Shown here: in pieces, positions 36,042 through 46,316 of the stretch
How the letters are laid out: each line of letters starts with the position of its first letter
How positions within the stretch are numbered: position 1 is the first letter of the stretch
Assembly: GCA_965220965.1 (NCBI GenBank)
Contig: OZ244852.1
Location: 1,792,001 to 1,856,000, forward strand
Reading direction: 5' to 3'
DNA: 64,000 nucleotides
Source: Candidatus Marinacidobacterium sp.
GTDB lineage: Bacteria > Acidobacteriota > Vicinamibacteria > Marinacidobacterales > Marinacidobacteraceae
Made by a program: the position numbers and the translations under genes
The notes under the pieces: model-generated
What the model was told of the DNA's origin: nothing
The model's database searches: none
The model's input: only the letters and a program-made list of their open reading frames with translations

Positions 36042-37457
36042 TCAGTCTTCCTCTGCGGGCGGAATGCGGGTCTCGAACCCGTCCGGCCGGTAGGCGCGGG
36101 CCAGCAGCGTCATCGAATGAAGCGGCTTCTTCCCGGCGTGCTGCTCGAACTGGATGGCGGCGAGCGGGCAGTCGGTCGCCCAGACGTCGGCTTCAGCCTG
36201 GTTCATCGAGTCGAAGGCCTTCTGGCCGGCCTTCCGCGAGGGCTCGAAACCCTCGGTCTTCATGGCCCAGGTCCCGTCGTGGCCGGAACACTCGAGCGTG
36301 GCCACCGGGGTGACCCCGGGGATCTTGCGGATCAGGTCGCGGGCCCGGAATCCGACGCCCTGCGCCCGGAGGTGGCAGGGAGCGTGGTAGGCGACCCGCG
36401 CCCCCGGGCTGGAGCGGAAGTCCGTGTTGAACCGGGGTTCGCGCCGGATGCTCCAGAGGTGCTCCGAGGGATCGCGCACCGCCTCCGCCAGCCGGGCGGC
36501 GCGCTCCCGGTCGGCGGGTTCCACCAGCGTCGGGTAGTCGCGGCGCATGAGCATCGAGCAGGTGGGGTTCACCGCGATCACGATCGCGCCCGCCTCCACG
36601 AAGGGAGCGAGAAGGTCGAGGTTGCGCCGGGCCGAGCGGCGGAGCCCGTCGAGGTCCCCCGATTCCCAGGCGGGCATCCCGCAGCAGCCGAGCCCCTGGG
36701 GGCAGTCCGTCCCGACTCCGTTCCGGTCGAGCACCTCGAGGGTGTCCCGCCCGATGTCCGGCTCGTTGTTCTGGACGTAACAGGTCGGGAACAGGACCGC
36801 CTCGCGCTCGCCGGGCGCGCCCGCCGGCCGGGCGCTCTTCGCCCAGTCGTCGAACGACTCGCGGGCGAAGGGCGGGAGGAGCTTGTCCCGGTGGATCCCG
36901 ACGAGCTTCTCCATGCAGTAGCGGGCCGGGCGGGATTCGAGCAGCGGCGCGGCGAACGCCGGCGTCCGGCGCTGAAGGCGTCCGGCGCGGTCCGGATCGG
37001 TCAGGAACCGCTCGCGCAGCGCCTCCCTGCCCCCGGGAGGATCGAGCTTCCGCTGGACGGCGGCGTGCCGGTGCACCAGGTTCGGGAAGTCGAGCTGGAA
37101 CTCGTGCCCCTTGCGGGGGGTGTAGGGGCAGGCGAACTCGCACTGCTTGCACTGGAAGCACTCGTCCAGGACCTGGCCGCGCTCTGCGCCATCGAGCGCG
37201 CGCGGGTCGCCGTCCTTCGCCTCGTCGATGATCTGGAACAGATCCCGGAAGGTGTCGCAGTACTTGAAGCACATGCGGCACCCGTGGCAAATGTCGAAGG
37301 CGCGCTCGACTTCCTTTCGGAGGCCATCGGCGTCCCAGTAGCGGTCCTCCGCGGGGTCGTAGGTGAGTTCCGGCCCGGGAAGCACCGAAACCGGGGCGCC
37401 GCCGGGGGGCTTCGGAGGAACGACCGAAGGGTCCTTCGGGCGATGGGGATGGCTCAC
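36042..37457 (-). CDS. Rubrerythrin-associated Fe-S oxidoreductase (GlpC/HdrD-like, CCG domains)
   Basis: [11 protein letters not shown] and [11 protein letters not shown] 4Fe-4S motifs; CCGMP. Confidence 0.9.
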   Translation of the reverse strand: MSHPHRPKDPSVVPPKPPGGAPVSVLPGPELTYDPAEDRYWDADGLRKEVERAFDICHGCRMCFKYCDTFRDLFQIIDEAKDGDPRALDGAERGQVLDECFQCKQCEFACPYTPRKGHEFQLDFPNLVHRHAAVQRKLDPPGGREALRERFLTDPDRAGRLQRRTPAFAAPLLESRPARYCMEKLVGIHRDKLLPPFARESFDDWAKSARPAGAPGEREAVLFPTCYVQNNEPDIGRDTLEVLDRNGVGTDCPQGLGCCGMPAWESGDLDGLRRSARRNLDLLAPFVEAGAIVIAVNPTCSMLMRRDYPTLVEPADRERAARLAEAVRDPSEHLWSIRREPRFNTDFRSSPGARVAYHAPCHLRAQGVGFRARDLIRKIPGVTPVATLECSGHDGTWAMKTEGFEPSRKAGQKAFDSMNQAEADVWATDCPLAAIQFEQHAGKKPLHSMTLLARAYRPDGFETRIPPAEED

Positions 37458-37547
37458 AGCGGAGTCCCGGGGGACAGGAGGCGATCCGCGGGCCGGCGCC
37501 AGGGGCCGGGCATCACGGAGCGGACGCCGGCGCGCGCGGAACCGCGC

Positions 37548-37967
37548 TCAGCCCAGATCGTCCAGGAGCGCCTGGAACCGTCCGGCGTGGGACTTCTCCG
37601 CCTTGGCGAGCGTCTCGAACCAGTCGGCGATCTCGGCGAACCCCTCCTCGCGGGCGGTCTTCGCCATCCCCGGGTACATGTCGGTGTACTCGTAGGTCTC
37701 GCCGGCGACCGCCGCCGCGAGGTTCTGGGAGGTGTCGCCCATCGGAAGGTCGGTGGCGGGATCGCCCACCGGCTTCAGGTAGTCCAGATGGCCATGCGCG
37801 TGCCCCGTCTCCCCTTCGGCAGTCTCGCGGAAGTTCCCCGCAACCTCGGGGTAGCCCTCGATGTCCGCCACCTTGGCGAAGTAGAGGTAGCGGCGGTTCG
37901 CCTGGGATTCCCCGGCGAAGGCGTCCTTGAGGTTCTGGTGGGTCCTGGTGCCTTTCAGGCTGGCCAT
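37548..37967 (-). CDS. Rubrerythrin (short form, no rubredoxin domain)
   Basis: [31 protein letters not shown]. Confidence 0.95.
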   Translation of the reverse strand: MASLKGTRTHQNLKDAFAGESQANRRYLYFAKVADIEGYPEVAGNFRETAEGETGHAHGHLDYLKPVGDPATDLPMGDTSQNLAAAVAGETYEYTDMYPGMAKTAREEGFAEIADWFETLAKAEKSHAGRFQALLDDLG

Positions 37968-38089
37968 GCTGGATGTTCTCCCGGGATCGTTTCCCTGCGG
38001 CGGACTGGCGAAGAGGGGCCCCGGACGGCTTCCGCGACCCCTTCGGGGTCAGTCTAACGGCGCCGGTCAGGATGCGGGATAATTCGGAA

Positions 38090-39328
38090 ATGGCGACGAC
38101 ACGACGGGAAGCGCTCGGCCGGCTGGCGGGCGCCGGGGCCGCGATCGCCGCGCCCGCGGCGCTGGCCACCGGTGGGCAGGACGCCCCGAAACGGCGGCCG
38201 AGAGCGCCGGAAGACCCGACCAAGATGCAGGGGCGGTTCCCGAGCGAGCTGGGAACGAGGTCCCCCTTCGAGACGCCGGAGCGGCTGGTGAGCCGGCCGG
38301 ACTACTCCTCGTCCTCGCGGACCCCCCTCCACGAGCTGCAGGGGATCGTGACCCCGGCGGATCTCCACTTCGAGCGGCACCACGCCGGCATCCCGAACAT
38401 CGATCCCGAGCGCTGGGAACTGCTCATCCACGGGATGGTGGACGAGCCGCGCGCGTTCCGGCTCGCCGACCTGAAGCGGTTCCCCGCCGAGTCGCGCCTC
38501 CGTTTCCTGGAGTGCTCGGGCAACGGCGGGACGGCCTACCAGAACCGGGGACGGCGCCGCGACATGAGCCCGCAGGACATGGACGGCCTGACGAGCACGA
38601 GCGAGTGGACCGGGGTCCCGCTGAAGCTGCTGTTCCGCGAGGTCGGGGCCCGGCCGGAAGCCACCTGGTTCCTCGCCGAAGGGATGGACGCGGCGGTCAT
38701 GACCCGCTCGGTGCCGATGGAGAAGGCGTGGGACGACGCGATCATCGCCTACGCCCAGAACGGCGAGCCGCTCCGCCCGGAGCAGGGCTATCCGGCCCGG
38801 CTCTTCCTCCCCGGCTGGGAAGGCAACGCCTGCGTGAAGTGGATCCGGCGGCTGGAGCTGTCCGACCGGCCGTTCATGACCCGGGAGGAGACCTCGAAGT
38901 ACACCGATCCGCTCCCCGGCGGGAAGGCGCGGATGTTCAGTTTCGGGATGGACGCCAAGTCGCTCCTCACCTTCCCCACCTATCCGGCGCGGCTGGATGG
39001 TCCCGGCTGGTGGGAGATCCGGGGGATCGCCTGGACCGGTCGCGGGAAGATCACCCGGGTGGAGATCTCGACCGACGGCGGGCGAAGCTGGGAAGACGCC
39101 GAGCTTCAGGAACCGGTTCTGCCCAAGTGCCACGTGCGGTTCCGGAAGCTGTGGAACTGGGACGGACGCCGGGCCACGCTGATCAGCCGGGCCACCGACG
39201 AGACCGGATACGTCCAGCCGACGCGCGAGCAACTTCATGCGGCGCGGGGCTCCTTCACCCGGTACCACTTCAACCAGCTCCGGCCCTGGACCGTCGAGCC
39301 CGACGGCCAGGTCTTCTTTGCCGGCTAG
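38090..39328 (+). CDS. soxC: Sulfite dehydrogenase molybdopterin subunit (SoxC-type)
   Basis: TRREAL Tat motif; HFERHH, LECSGN, EQGYP.RL..PGWEG, RATDETG. Confidence 0.88.
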   Translation: MATTRREALGRLAGAGAAIAAPAALATGGQDAPKRRPRAPEDPTKMQGRFPSELGTRSPFETPERLVSRPDYSSSSRTPLHELQGIVTPADLHFERHHAGIPNIDPERWELLIHGMVDEPRAFRLADLKRFPAESRLRFLECSGNGGTAYQNRGRRRDMSPQDMDGLTSTSEWTGVPLKLLFREVGARPEATWFLAEGMDAAVMTRSVPMEKAWDDAIIAYAQNGEPLRPEQGYPARLFLPGWEGNACVKWIRRLELSDRPFMTREETSKYTDPLPGGKARMFSFGMDAKSLLTFPTYPARLDGPGWWEIRGIAWTGRGKITRVEISTDGGRSWEDAELQEPVLPKCHVRFRKLWNWDGRRATLISRATDETGYVQPTREQLHAARGSFTRYHFNQLRPWTVEPDGQVFFAG

Positions 39329-39332
39329 GTTC

Positions 39333-40040
39333 ATGCCGCGGGCGGGCGCCCTGCTCGTCGTCCTGCTCGGCTGCGGCGGGCCGCCTTCCGAGACGCAGTC
39401 GCCGGCGGCCGAGCCGGCCGCCCCGGCGCCTCCGCCACCCGCCCCGCCGCGGCCCGAACTCCACCCGGGCATGCCGGGGCTGCTGAACCAGGCGGAGCTC
39501 GAGGCGCTGGACCGGGCGCGGGAGCAGGGACTCGCTGCGATCCAGGATCTCCCCGACTTCGGCTTCGGGACCCCGGCGAGCCCGGAGCGGATCGCGGCGT
39601 GGGACATCGACATCGGTCCGGAAGGGGAGGGTCTGCCCGCCGGACGGGGCTCGGTGGAGGAGGGCGAGGCCCTCTACCGGGTCCAGTGCGTCCAGTGCCA
39701 CGGCGCCCGGGGCGAGGGCGCCGACTACGAGGCGCTCGCCGCGCGGGCGCCGGACGACCGCTTCGCCTTCGCCGAGGACCGCAGCACGCCGATCACGGTC
39801 GGGAGCTACTGGCCCTACGCGACGACGCTCTACGACTACATCTACCGGGCGATGCCGCAGGCGGCCCCCGGCACCCTCCCCCCGGACCACGTCTACGCGC
39901 TGACCGCGTTCATCCTCCACCTGAACGGGATCCTCGAGCCCGGCGATTCGCTGGACCGCGAGTCCCTGCCCCGGATCGTGATGCCGTCCCGCGACCGTTT
40001 CGTCCGCGACGACCGGCGCGGAGGCCCCGAAGTCCGGTGA
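39333..40040 (+). CDS. soxD: c-type cytochrome (SoxD-type), lipoprotein
   Basis: LLGC lipobox; WDID..P.G.GLP.G.GS, CVQCH, TVGSYWPYATT.YDYI.RAMP. Confidence 0.85.
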   Translation: MPRAGALLVVLLGCGGPPSETQSPAAEPAAPAPPPPAPPRPELHPGMPGLLNQAELEALDRAREQGLAAIQDLPDFGFGTPASPERIAAWDIDIGPEGEGLPAGRGSVEEGEALYRVQCVQCHGARGEGADYEALAARAPDDRFAFAEDRSTPITVGSYWPYATTLYDYIYRAMPQAAPGTLPPDHVYALTAFILHLNGILEPGDSLDRESLPRIVMPSRDRFVRDDRRGGPEVR

Positions 40041-41746
40041 CCGGCCCGCCCGACGACCCCGAGCCGCGCGGCGGGGCCGGCCGGGAAGCCGCCGCCCCGG
40101 ACTTCATCCGCGCCATCATCGCGGAGGACCGGGCCGCCGGGCGGAACGGCGGCCGGGTGGGGACGCGCTTTCCCCCGGAGCCCAACGGGTTCCTCCACAT
40201 CGGCCACGCCAAGTCGATCGTGCTGAACTTCGGCGTCGCCGAAGAGAACGGCGGAACCTGTTTCCTCCGCTACGACGACACGAATCCGGCCCGCGAGGAG
40301 CAGCTTTACGTGGACGCGATCGCGCGCGACGTCGAATGGCTGGGCTACCGCTGGGCGGGCGAACCGCGGTTCGCCTCGGACCACTTCGAGAGGCTCTACG
40401 AGTTCGCCGAGACGCTGATCCGGCGCGGCAAGGCCTACGTGGACAGCCTGAGCGCCGAGGAGGTCCGGGCGCTCCGGGGGACGCTGGAAGAGCCCGGGAC
40501 CGAGAGCCCCTACCGCGACCGGAACGTCGAGGAGAACCTCGACCTGTTCCGTCGGATGCGCGCCGGCGAGTTCCCCGATGGATCCCACGTGCTGCGCGCC
40601 CGGATCGACATGGCGTCCCCGAACCTGAACCTGCGGGACCCCACGCTCTACCGGATCCGGCGGCTCCACCACCACCGGACGGGCGACGACTGGCGCATCT
40701 ATCCGATGTACGACTTCGCCCACGCGCTCTCGGACGCGCTCGAGGAGATCACCCACTCGCTGTGCACGCTCGAGTTCGAAGACCACCGGCCGCTCTACGA
40801 CTGGTGCGTCGCCGAGAGCCGCGCGGCGTTCGTCCCCCGCCAGATCGAGTTCGCCCGCCTGAACCTGAGCTACACCGTGCTCAGCAAGCGCCGGCTGCTC
40901 CGGCTCGTCGAGGAAGGGGTGGTTGCGGGGTGGGACGACCCCCGGATGCCCACGATCGCCGGGCTCCGGCGGCGGGGCGTTCCGCCGGGGGCGATCCGGG
41001 CGTTCTGCGAGCGCATCGGCGTCGCGAAGCGCGACAGCACGGTGGACATCGCGCTGCTGGAACACGCGGTCCGGGAGGAGCTGAACCGCACCAGCCGGCG
41101 GCTCATGGGCGTCCTCGACCCGGTGCGCCTCATCGTCGAGAACTACCCGGAAGACGAGGTCGAGTTCTTCGAGGTCGGGAACAACCCGGAAGACCCCTCG
41201 GCGGGCGCGCGACAGGTCCCGTTCTCGCGGGAGCTGTACATCGAACGCGGCGACTTTCTGGAGGAGGCCCCCCGGAAGTGGTTCCGGCTCTCGCCCGACC
41301 GGGAGGTGCGGCTCCGGTCGGCGTTCCTCGTGACCTGCACCGGCTTCGAGCGGGACGCGGCGGGGGAGCTCACCGAGGTCCGCTGCCGGCTGGACCCCGC
41401 CAGCCGGGGCGGGAGCTCTCCCGACGGACGACGGGTCCGCGGGACGCTCCACTGGGTTTCCGCCCGCCACGCGGTTCCGGTGGAGACGCGGCTCTGTGAC
41501 CGGCTGTTCCGCACCGAGGAGCCCGGCCGGAGCGGCGACTTCCTCGCCGACCTGAACCCGGACTCGATGCGGAAAGTGAAGGCGCAGGTGGAGCCGGCGG
41601 TCCGGGAGCTCGGTCCCGGGGACCGGATCCAGCTCGAGCGCCTCGGCTACTTCGTCGCCGACCCGGACTCCGCGCCCGGCGCTCCGGTGCTGAACCGGAC
41701 CGTCACCCTGCGCGACGCCTGGGCCCGCCTCCGGAAGCGCGGCTGA
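40037..41746 (+). CDS. glnS: Glutamine--tRNA ligase
   Basis: RFPPEPNG, HIGH, YPMYD, CTLEF, LSKR, GWDDPR; GTGA overlap with soxD. Confidence 0.95.
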   Translation: MTGPPDDPEPRGGAGREAAAPDFIRAIIAEDRAAGRNGGRVGTRFPPEPNGFLHIGHAKSIVLNFGVAEENGGTCFLRYDDTNPAREEQLYVDAIARDVEWLGYRWAGEPRFASDHFERLYEFAETLIRRGKAYVDSLSAEEVRALRGTLEEPGTESPYRDRNVEENLDLFRRMRAGEFPDGSHVLRARIDMASPNLNLRDPTLYRIRRLHHHRTGDDWRIYPMYDFAHALSDALEEITHSLCTLEFEDHRPLYDWCVAESRAAFVPRQIEFARLNLSYTVLSKRRLLRLVEEGVVAGWDDPRMPTIAGLRRRGVPPGAIRAFCERIGVAKRDSTVDIALLEHAVREELNRTSRRLMGVLDPVRLIVENYPEDEVEFFEVGNNPEDPSAGARQVPFSRELYIERGDFLEEAPRKWFRLSPDREVRLRSAFLVTCTGFERDAAGELTEVRCRLDPASRGGSSPDGRRVRGTLHWVSARHAVPVETRLCDRLFRTEEPGRSGDFLADLNPDSMRKVKAQVEPAVRELGPGDRIQLERLGYFVADPDSAPGAPVLNRTVTLRDAWARLRKRG

Positions 41747-41823
41747 CCGCCTCGCGGTTCCGGGACGGGGACCCGCATAGGATTCGGGGCCTCCACGCTG
41801 CCCTGTTTCCGGGAGGTCCGCCG

Positions 41824-43485
41824 GTGCGAGCCCTGCTCATGATGTCCTTGCTGCTTTCCCCCGCCGCGGCCGCGGCCGACTCCGGAGACCGTCCGGCGAA
41901 GGACACCGGGCTCGGCCGATCGCCGGTGCTGGCGCGGAACGGGATGATCGCGACGAGCCAGCCGCTGGCCTCGGCCGCCGGGCTCCAGGTTCTGATGGGA
42001 GGCGGCAACGCGGTGGACGCCGGGATCGCCGCCGCCGCGGTCCTGAACGTCGTCGAGCCGATGATGTGCGGCATCGGCGGCGACCTGTTCGCGCTCTACT
42101 GGGAGGCGGAGACCGAAACGCTCCACGCGCTGAACGCCACCGGGCGGGCGGGGGCGCGCGCGGACGCCGCGAAGCTCCGGGCCGAGGGCCGGACGCGGAT
42201 GCCTGGGGGCGGGCCGATCGCGGTGACGGTTCCGGGGGCGCTCGACGGCTGGGAGGAACTCGTCACCCGCTTCGGGACGCAGCCGCTCGCCGACCTGCTC
42301 CAGCCGGCGATCCGGCACGCGGAGGAGGGGTACCCGGTCTCCGAGATCATCTCGGTCCAGTGGAAGTCGGCCGAGGAGCGGCTGCGGCGCCACCCCGCGA
42401 CCGCCGCCGCCTGGCTGGTGGACGGCGAGCGGGCCCCGGAACACGGCGAGGTCTTCCGGGTCCCCGACCTGGCGACGACCCTCCGCAAGATCGCCGACCA
42501 GGGGACGGATGTCTTCTACCGGGGCGAGATCGCCGGCGCCATCCACGACTTCCTCGAGCAGGAGGGCGGGTTCGTGACCCGCGAGGACCTGGCGGCGCAC
42601 GAGTCGCTCTGGGTGGAACCGATCTCGACGACTTACCGGGGGGTGGAGGTCTTCCAGGTTCCGCCCAACTCGCAGGGGTTCGCCGCGCTCGAGATGCTGA
42701 ACATCCTCGAGGGGTTCGACGACCTCGCCGACCTGGGCCACAACTCGGCCGCCTACCTGCACCGCCTCATCGAGGCCAAGAAGCTGGCCTTCGCCGACCG
42801 CGACGCCCATCTGGGGGACCCGGAGCACATGCGGGTCCCGGTGGAGACGCTGATCTCGAAGGACTACGCGGCGGAGCGGCGGGCGCTGATCTCCCCGGAT
42901 CGGGCGGCGCGGGAGATTCCGCCGGGCATGACGGACGACGGCGACACGATCTACCTCACGGTCGTGGACAAGGACCGGAACGCGCTCTCGCTGATCTACT
43001 CCATCTTCGGATCCTTCGGGTCGGGGCTCACCGTCCCCGGGACCGGGATCGTGCTGCAGAACCGGGGAACCGGGTTCTCGCTGGAGGAAGGCCATCCCAA
43101 CGAACTCGCCCCGGGCAAGCTGGCGCTCCACACGAACATGCCGGGCATGGCGTTCCGCGACGGGCGCCCGTGGATCACCTACGGCGTCATGGGCGGGGAC
43201 ATGCAGCCGCAGGGACACACCCAGGTGCTGCTGAACCTCATCGACTTCGGCATGCATGTCCAGAAGGCGGGGGAAGTCGCGCGTTTCCGCCACGGCGCCT
43301 TGGGCGTCGGGATCGAGTCGGGCGTGGACGCCGATGTCCGCGCGGCGCTGACCCGCATGGGGCACACCGTGATGACGCGGTTCGGGGCCTACGGCGGCTA
43401 CCAGGCGATCCGGATCGACTGGGAGCAGGGCGTGCTTCTCGGCGGATCCGATGTCCGCAAGGACGGCGCGGCAATGGGCTACTGA
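41824..43485 (+). CDS. ggt: Gamma-glutamyltransferase
   Basis: GGNAVDA, GIGGD, GDT autoproteolysis Thr, LQNRG, GVMGG.MQPQG. Confidence 0.93.
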   Translation: MRALLMMSLLLSPAAAAADSGDRPAKDTGLGRSPVLARNGMIATSQPLASAAGLQVLMGGGNAVDAGIAAAAVLNVVEPMMCGIGGDLFALYWEAETETLHALNATGRAGARADAAKLRAEGRTRMPGGGPIAVTVPGALDGWEELVTRFGTQPLADLLQPAIRHAEEGYPVSEIISVQWKSAEERLRRHPATAAAWLVDGERAPEHGEVFRVPDLATTLRKIADQGTDVFYRGEIAGAIHDFLEQEGGFVTREDLAAHESLWVEPISTTYRGVEVFQVPPNSQGFAALEMLNILEGFDDLADLGHNSAAYLHRLIEAKKLAFADRDAHLGDPEHMRVPVETLISKDYAAERRALISPDRAAREIPPGMTDDGDTIYLTVVDKDRNALSLIYSIFGSFGSGLTVPGTGIVLQNRGTGFSLEEGHPNELAPGKLALHTNMPGMAFRDGRPWITYGVMGGDMQPQGHTQVLLNLIDFGMHVQKAGEVARFRHGALGVGIESGVDADVRAALTRMGHTVMTRFGAYGGYQAIRIDWEQGVLLGGSDVRKDGAAMGY

Positions 43486-43657
43486 GGCGCGGCGCCGGGT
43501 TCTCCGGGGGCCGCGCCGCGCGGAAACCCGGGCCGGCCCCGCCGCCGGGAGAAGGGTCTCCGGCGAGGGGGAAACGCCGTTTCCGGCCGCTAAGATCACG
43601 GCCGAGGGCGGGTCCCGGGAGTCAGGGACGGCTCCTCGCGTGAGCGCTTACTTCGTC

Positions 43658-45787
43658 ATGAAATCCCGGACCGCCGCGGCCTGGAGCGCCGCGGGTCTTC
43701 TCCTCCTGGCGGCGCCCGTTGTCGCGCAGCCCCCGAGCGAACCCGACGCCGCCGAGCCGGAAGCGAGCGAAGAGCAGGGCGATCCCGAGGAGGCCTCCGA
43801 GGAAGTCGGCGCCGGCGCCCTGCGGTTCGCCGAGACGGTGGTGGTCACGGCCTCCCGGTCGGATGCGCCGCTGCTGACGGCGCCGGCGGCGGTCTCGGTG
43901 CGCACCGGCGAAGAGCTGGCGTCGGAGGCGCCGCGGACGTTCGTGGACCTGTTCCAGGGAGTCCCGGGGATCCAGATCCAGGGCAACGCGCGGCGGATCA
44001 CCGAGGCCCCCAACATCCGGGGCTTCGCCGACCAGCAGGTCGTCGTCCGCCAGGACGGGGGGCGGCAGAACTTCCACGCGGCGCACGCCGGCCGATTCTT
44101 CGTGGATCCGGACCTGGTCCAGCGGGTGGAGGTCATGCGGGGAGCCAACTCGGCGCTCTTCGGCAGCGGCGCGCTCGGCGGCGTCGTGTCGGTGACGACC
44201 CGGAGCGCGCGCGACCTGCTCGAGCCGGGAGAGGACTTCGGCGGCCGCTACCGGGTGGGATTCCAGTCGAACGGGCGCGACTTCGGCCAGTCGTTCACCG
44301 CGTTCACCGCGAACGAGCCGCTGGAGGCGCTCGCCAGCTTCACCCTCGGCGGAACCTCGGCGCCGGTGCGCGACGGCAACGGAGACGCGATCCCCAACAC
44401 CGAGGACGAGATGCGGAACGGGCTCGTGAAGGTCGGGTGGACCCCCGGCGCCCGCACCCGGTTCGAGGCTTCCTGGCAGGGCTTCGGCAACCGGGCCGCC
44501 GAACCCACGAACGCGAACGCGCTGACCGGAAGTCTGGTGGACCGCGACACCTGGTGGGACGGACTCCGGGCGCGAATGGAAGTCCGCTCGCTGGATTCGG
44601 AGCTCGTCGACTTCGAGGCGCTGGCGTATCGCAACTCGGTGGAGGTGTCCGAGGAGTTGCGGATCAACCCCCGCCTCGACGAGACCCGCTTCGAGACCCT
44701 GGGCGTCGAGTTCACGAACACCGCCCGCTTCCATCCGCGCGACGGTCTGCGGCTGCGGGTGAGCGCCGGAGCGGAGGCCTTCCGCGACCGGCAGTCGGGA
44801 ACGCGGGACGGTCAGGACCGGCTCCAGTTCCCGGACGCGAACGCGTCCTACCTGGCCGCCTTCGTCCATGGAGAGGCCGACATCGGGGACCGGCTCCAGC
44901 TCACCGCCGGCCTGCGCCGGGACGCCTGGCGCCTGCGCGCCGGCCAGTTCCCGGAGCGCAGCGAAGGGCAGTTCTCGCCACGGGCGACGGTGGGCTACCG
45001 GCTGGGCGAGGCGGGCTTCGTGTGGGTCGGCGCCGCCCGCGGGTTCCGGGTTCCGAGCCTCACCGAGCTCTTCGCCGACGGCCTCCACTTCCAGATCCCG
45101 GTCGCGGCGTCGGTCGAAGTCCTGAACTGGTTCCGGCCGAACCCCGACCTCCCCGCCGAGCGGGGCCTGTCCTGGGAAGCCGGCTTCCGCGGCGGCCGGG
45201 GCGCGTGGACGCTCGAGACGACCTGCTTCCGGCAGACCGTCGGGAACTACGTGGACCAGCGCGTCCTGCTCTCGGACCCCTCCTTTCCGCTGCGGGTGGA
45301 TCCGGTCTCGGGGATCTCGGTGATCACCGGCTCGACGGTGAATGTTCCGCTGGAGGCCCGTCTGGACGGGTGCGAAGGCGTCGCCGGCTTCGAGCGGCGC
45401 CGGCTGCGGTTCCGGGTCGCGGGCTCCCTCCTGGAGACCGAAGACACCGCAACCGGAGTCTCGCTGGCCCGGGCGCCGGCCGACCGGCTGGATCTCTCGC
45501 TGAGCGCCCGGCTGCCCTCGCTCGACCTCGAGCTCGGGGGGCGCGCGATCCTCGCCGCGGCGCGCACCGGGGTCCCGGACCTGGTGGAAGAGGGCGCGGC
45601 CTATCGCGTCTTCGACCTCTTCCTTCGCTACACCCCGGAGGGCGGGCCGCTCGCCGGCGTGGACTGGACGGTGGCGCTCAACAACCTCACGGACGAGTAC
45701 TTCGCGGTGTTTCCGGCGGTCGTGCCCCAGCCGGGGCGCAGCCTGCGCCTCGCCGCCGCCTACCGGTTCGGTTTCTCCCGGAACTGA
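43658..45787 (+). CDS. TonB-dependent heme/hemoglobin-type receptor
   Basis: Signal, VVVTA TonB box, NIRG, RG.NSALFGSGALGG; FRVP..H..NPDL (FRAP/NPNL-like). Confidence 0.8.
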   Translation: MKSRTAAAWSAAGLLLLAAPVVAQPPSEPDAAEPEASEEQGDPEEASEEVGAGALRFAETVVVTASRSDAPLLTAPAAVSVRTGEELASEAPRTFVDLFQGVPGIQIQGNARRITEAPNIRGFADQQVVVRQDGGRQNFHAAHAGRFFVDPDLVQRVEVMRGANSALFGSGALGGVVSVTTRSARDLLEPGEDFGGRYRVGFQSNGRDFGQSFTAFTANEPLEALASFTLGGTSAPVRDGNGDAIPNTEDEMRNGLVKVGWTPGARTRFEASWQGFGNRAAEPTNANALTGSLVDRDTWWDGLRARMEVRSLDSELVDFEALAYRNSVEVSEELRINPRLDETRFETLGVEFTNTARFHPRDGLRLRVSAGAEAFRDRQSGTRDGQDRLQFPDANASYLAAFVHGEADIGDRLQLTAGLRRDAWRLRAGQFPERSEGQFSPRATVGYRLGEAGFVWVGAARGFRVPSLTELFADGLHFQIPVAASVEVLNWFRPNPDLPAERGLSWEAGFRGGRGAWTLETTCFRQTVGNYVDQRVLLSDPSFPLRVDPVSGISVITGSTVNVPLEARLDGCEGVAGFERRRLRFRVAGSLLETEDTATGVSLARAPADRLDLSLSARLPSLDLELGGRAILAAARTGVPDLVEEGAAYRVFDLFLRYTPEGGPLAGVDWTVALNNLTDEYFAVFPAVVPQPGRSLRLAAAYRFGFSRN

Positions 45788-45845
45788 GTCCGGGAGACCC
45801 GCCAGACGGGTCCCCTTCCCCCCGGCGCGGGATACGGGGCGCGGC

Positions 45846-46316
45846 TCAGTCGGGGAGGCGCTCCCAGTTCGAGACGATGCGGGTTCCCTCGCCGCCGGGG
45901 GCCCAGAGGACGAGGGCGCGCGTCGGCGGGCCGTCCGGATCGGTGCGGTGGTTCACCTCGGACGGCGGGCGCACGAAGCCCAGCTCGCCGGGGCCCAGAA
46001 ACTCGGAGACGCCGTCCACTACGTGCTCGAGTTCCCCTTCGAGGACATAGAACACCTCGGTGGCGCCGTGGAGGTGGTCCCCCGAGTCGGTCCCCGGCGG
46101 AAAGGTGATCTCGCCCACCTCGATCTCGTCGCCTCCGAGGTTCGAGCCGGTGAGCAGCAGGCGGATCTCCACACCCGACGCACTCCGGTAGGCCGCGCCG
46201 GCGGGCGGTTCCTGGACCGCTCCGGCGCCCAGCGCGAAGGCGAGCGCCGCGCCGACCGGGACGCCGAGCGCCAGCCCGGCGAGGAGAAGGCGGGGAGAAC
46301 GGGCGAGGGCGCTCAC
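45846..46316 (-). CDS. Cupin domain protein with N-terminal signal or anchor
   Basis: H.H...EVFYVLEG and NH motifs; GTGA overlap with the upstream peptidase. Confidence 0.8.
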   Translation of the reverse strand: MSALARSPRLLLAGLALGVPVGAALAFALGAGAVQEPPAGAAYRSASGVEIRLLLTGSNLGGDEIEVGEITFPPGTDSGDHLHGATEVFYVLEGELEHVVDGVSEFLGPGELGFVRPPSEVNHRTDPDGPPTRALVLWAPGGEGTRIVSNWERLPD

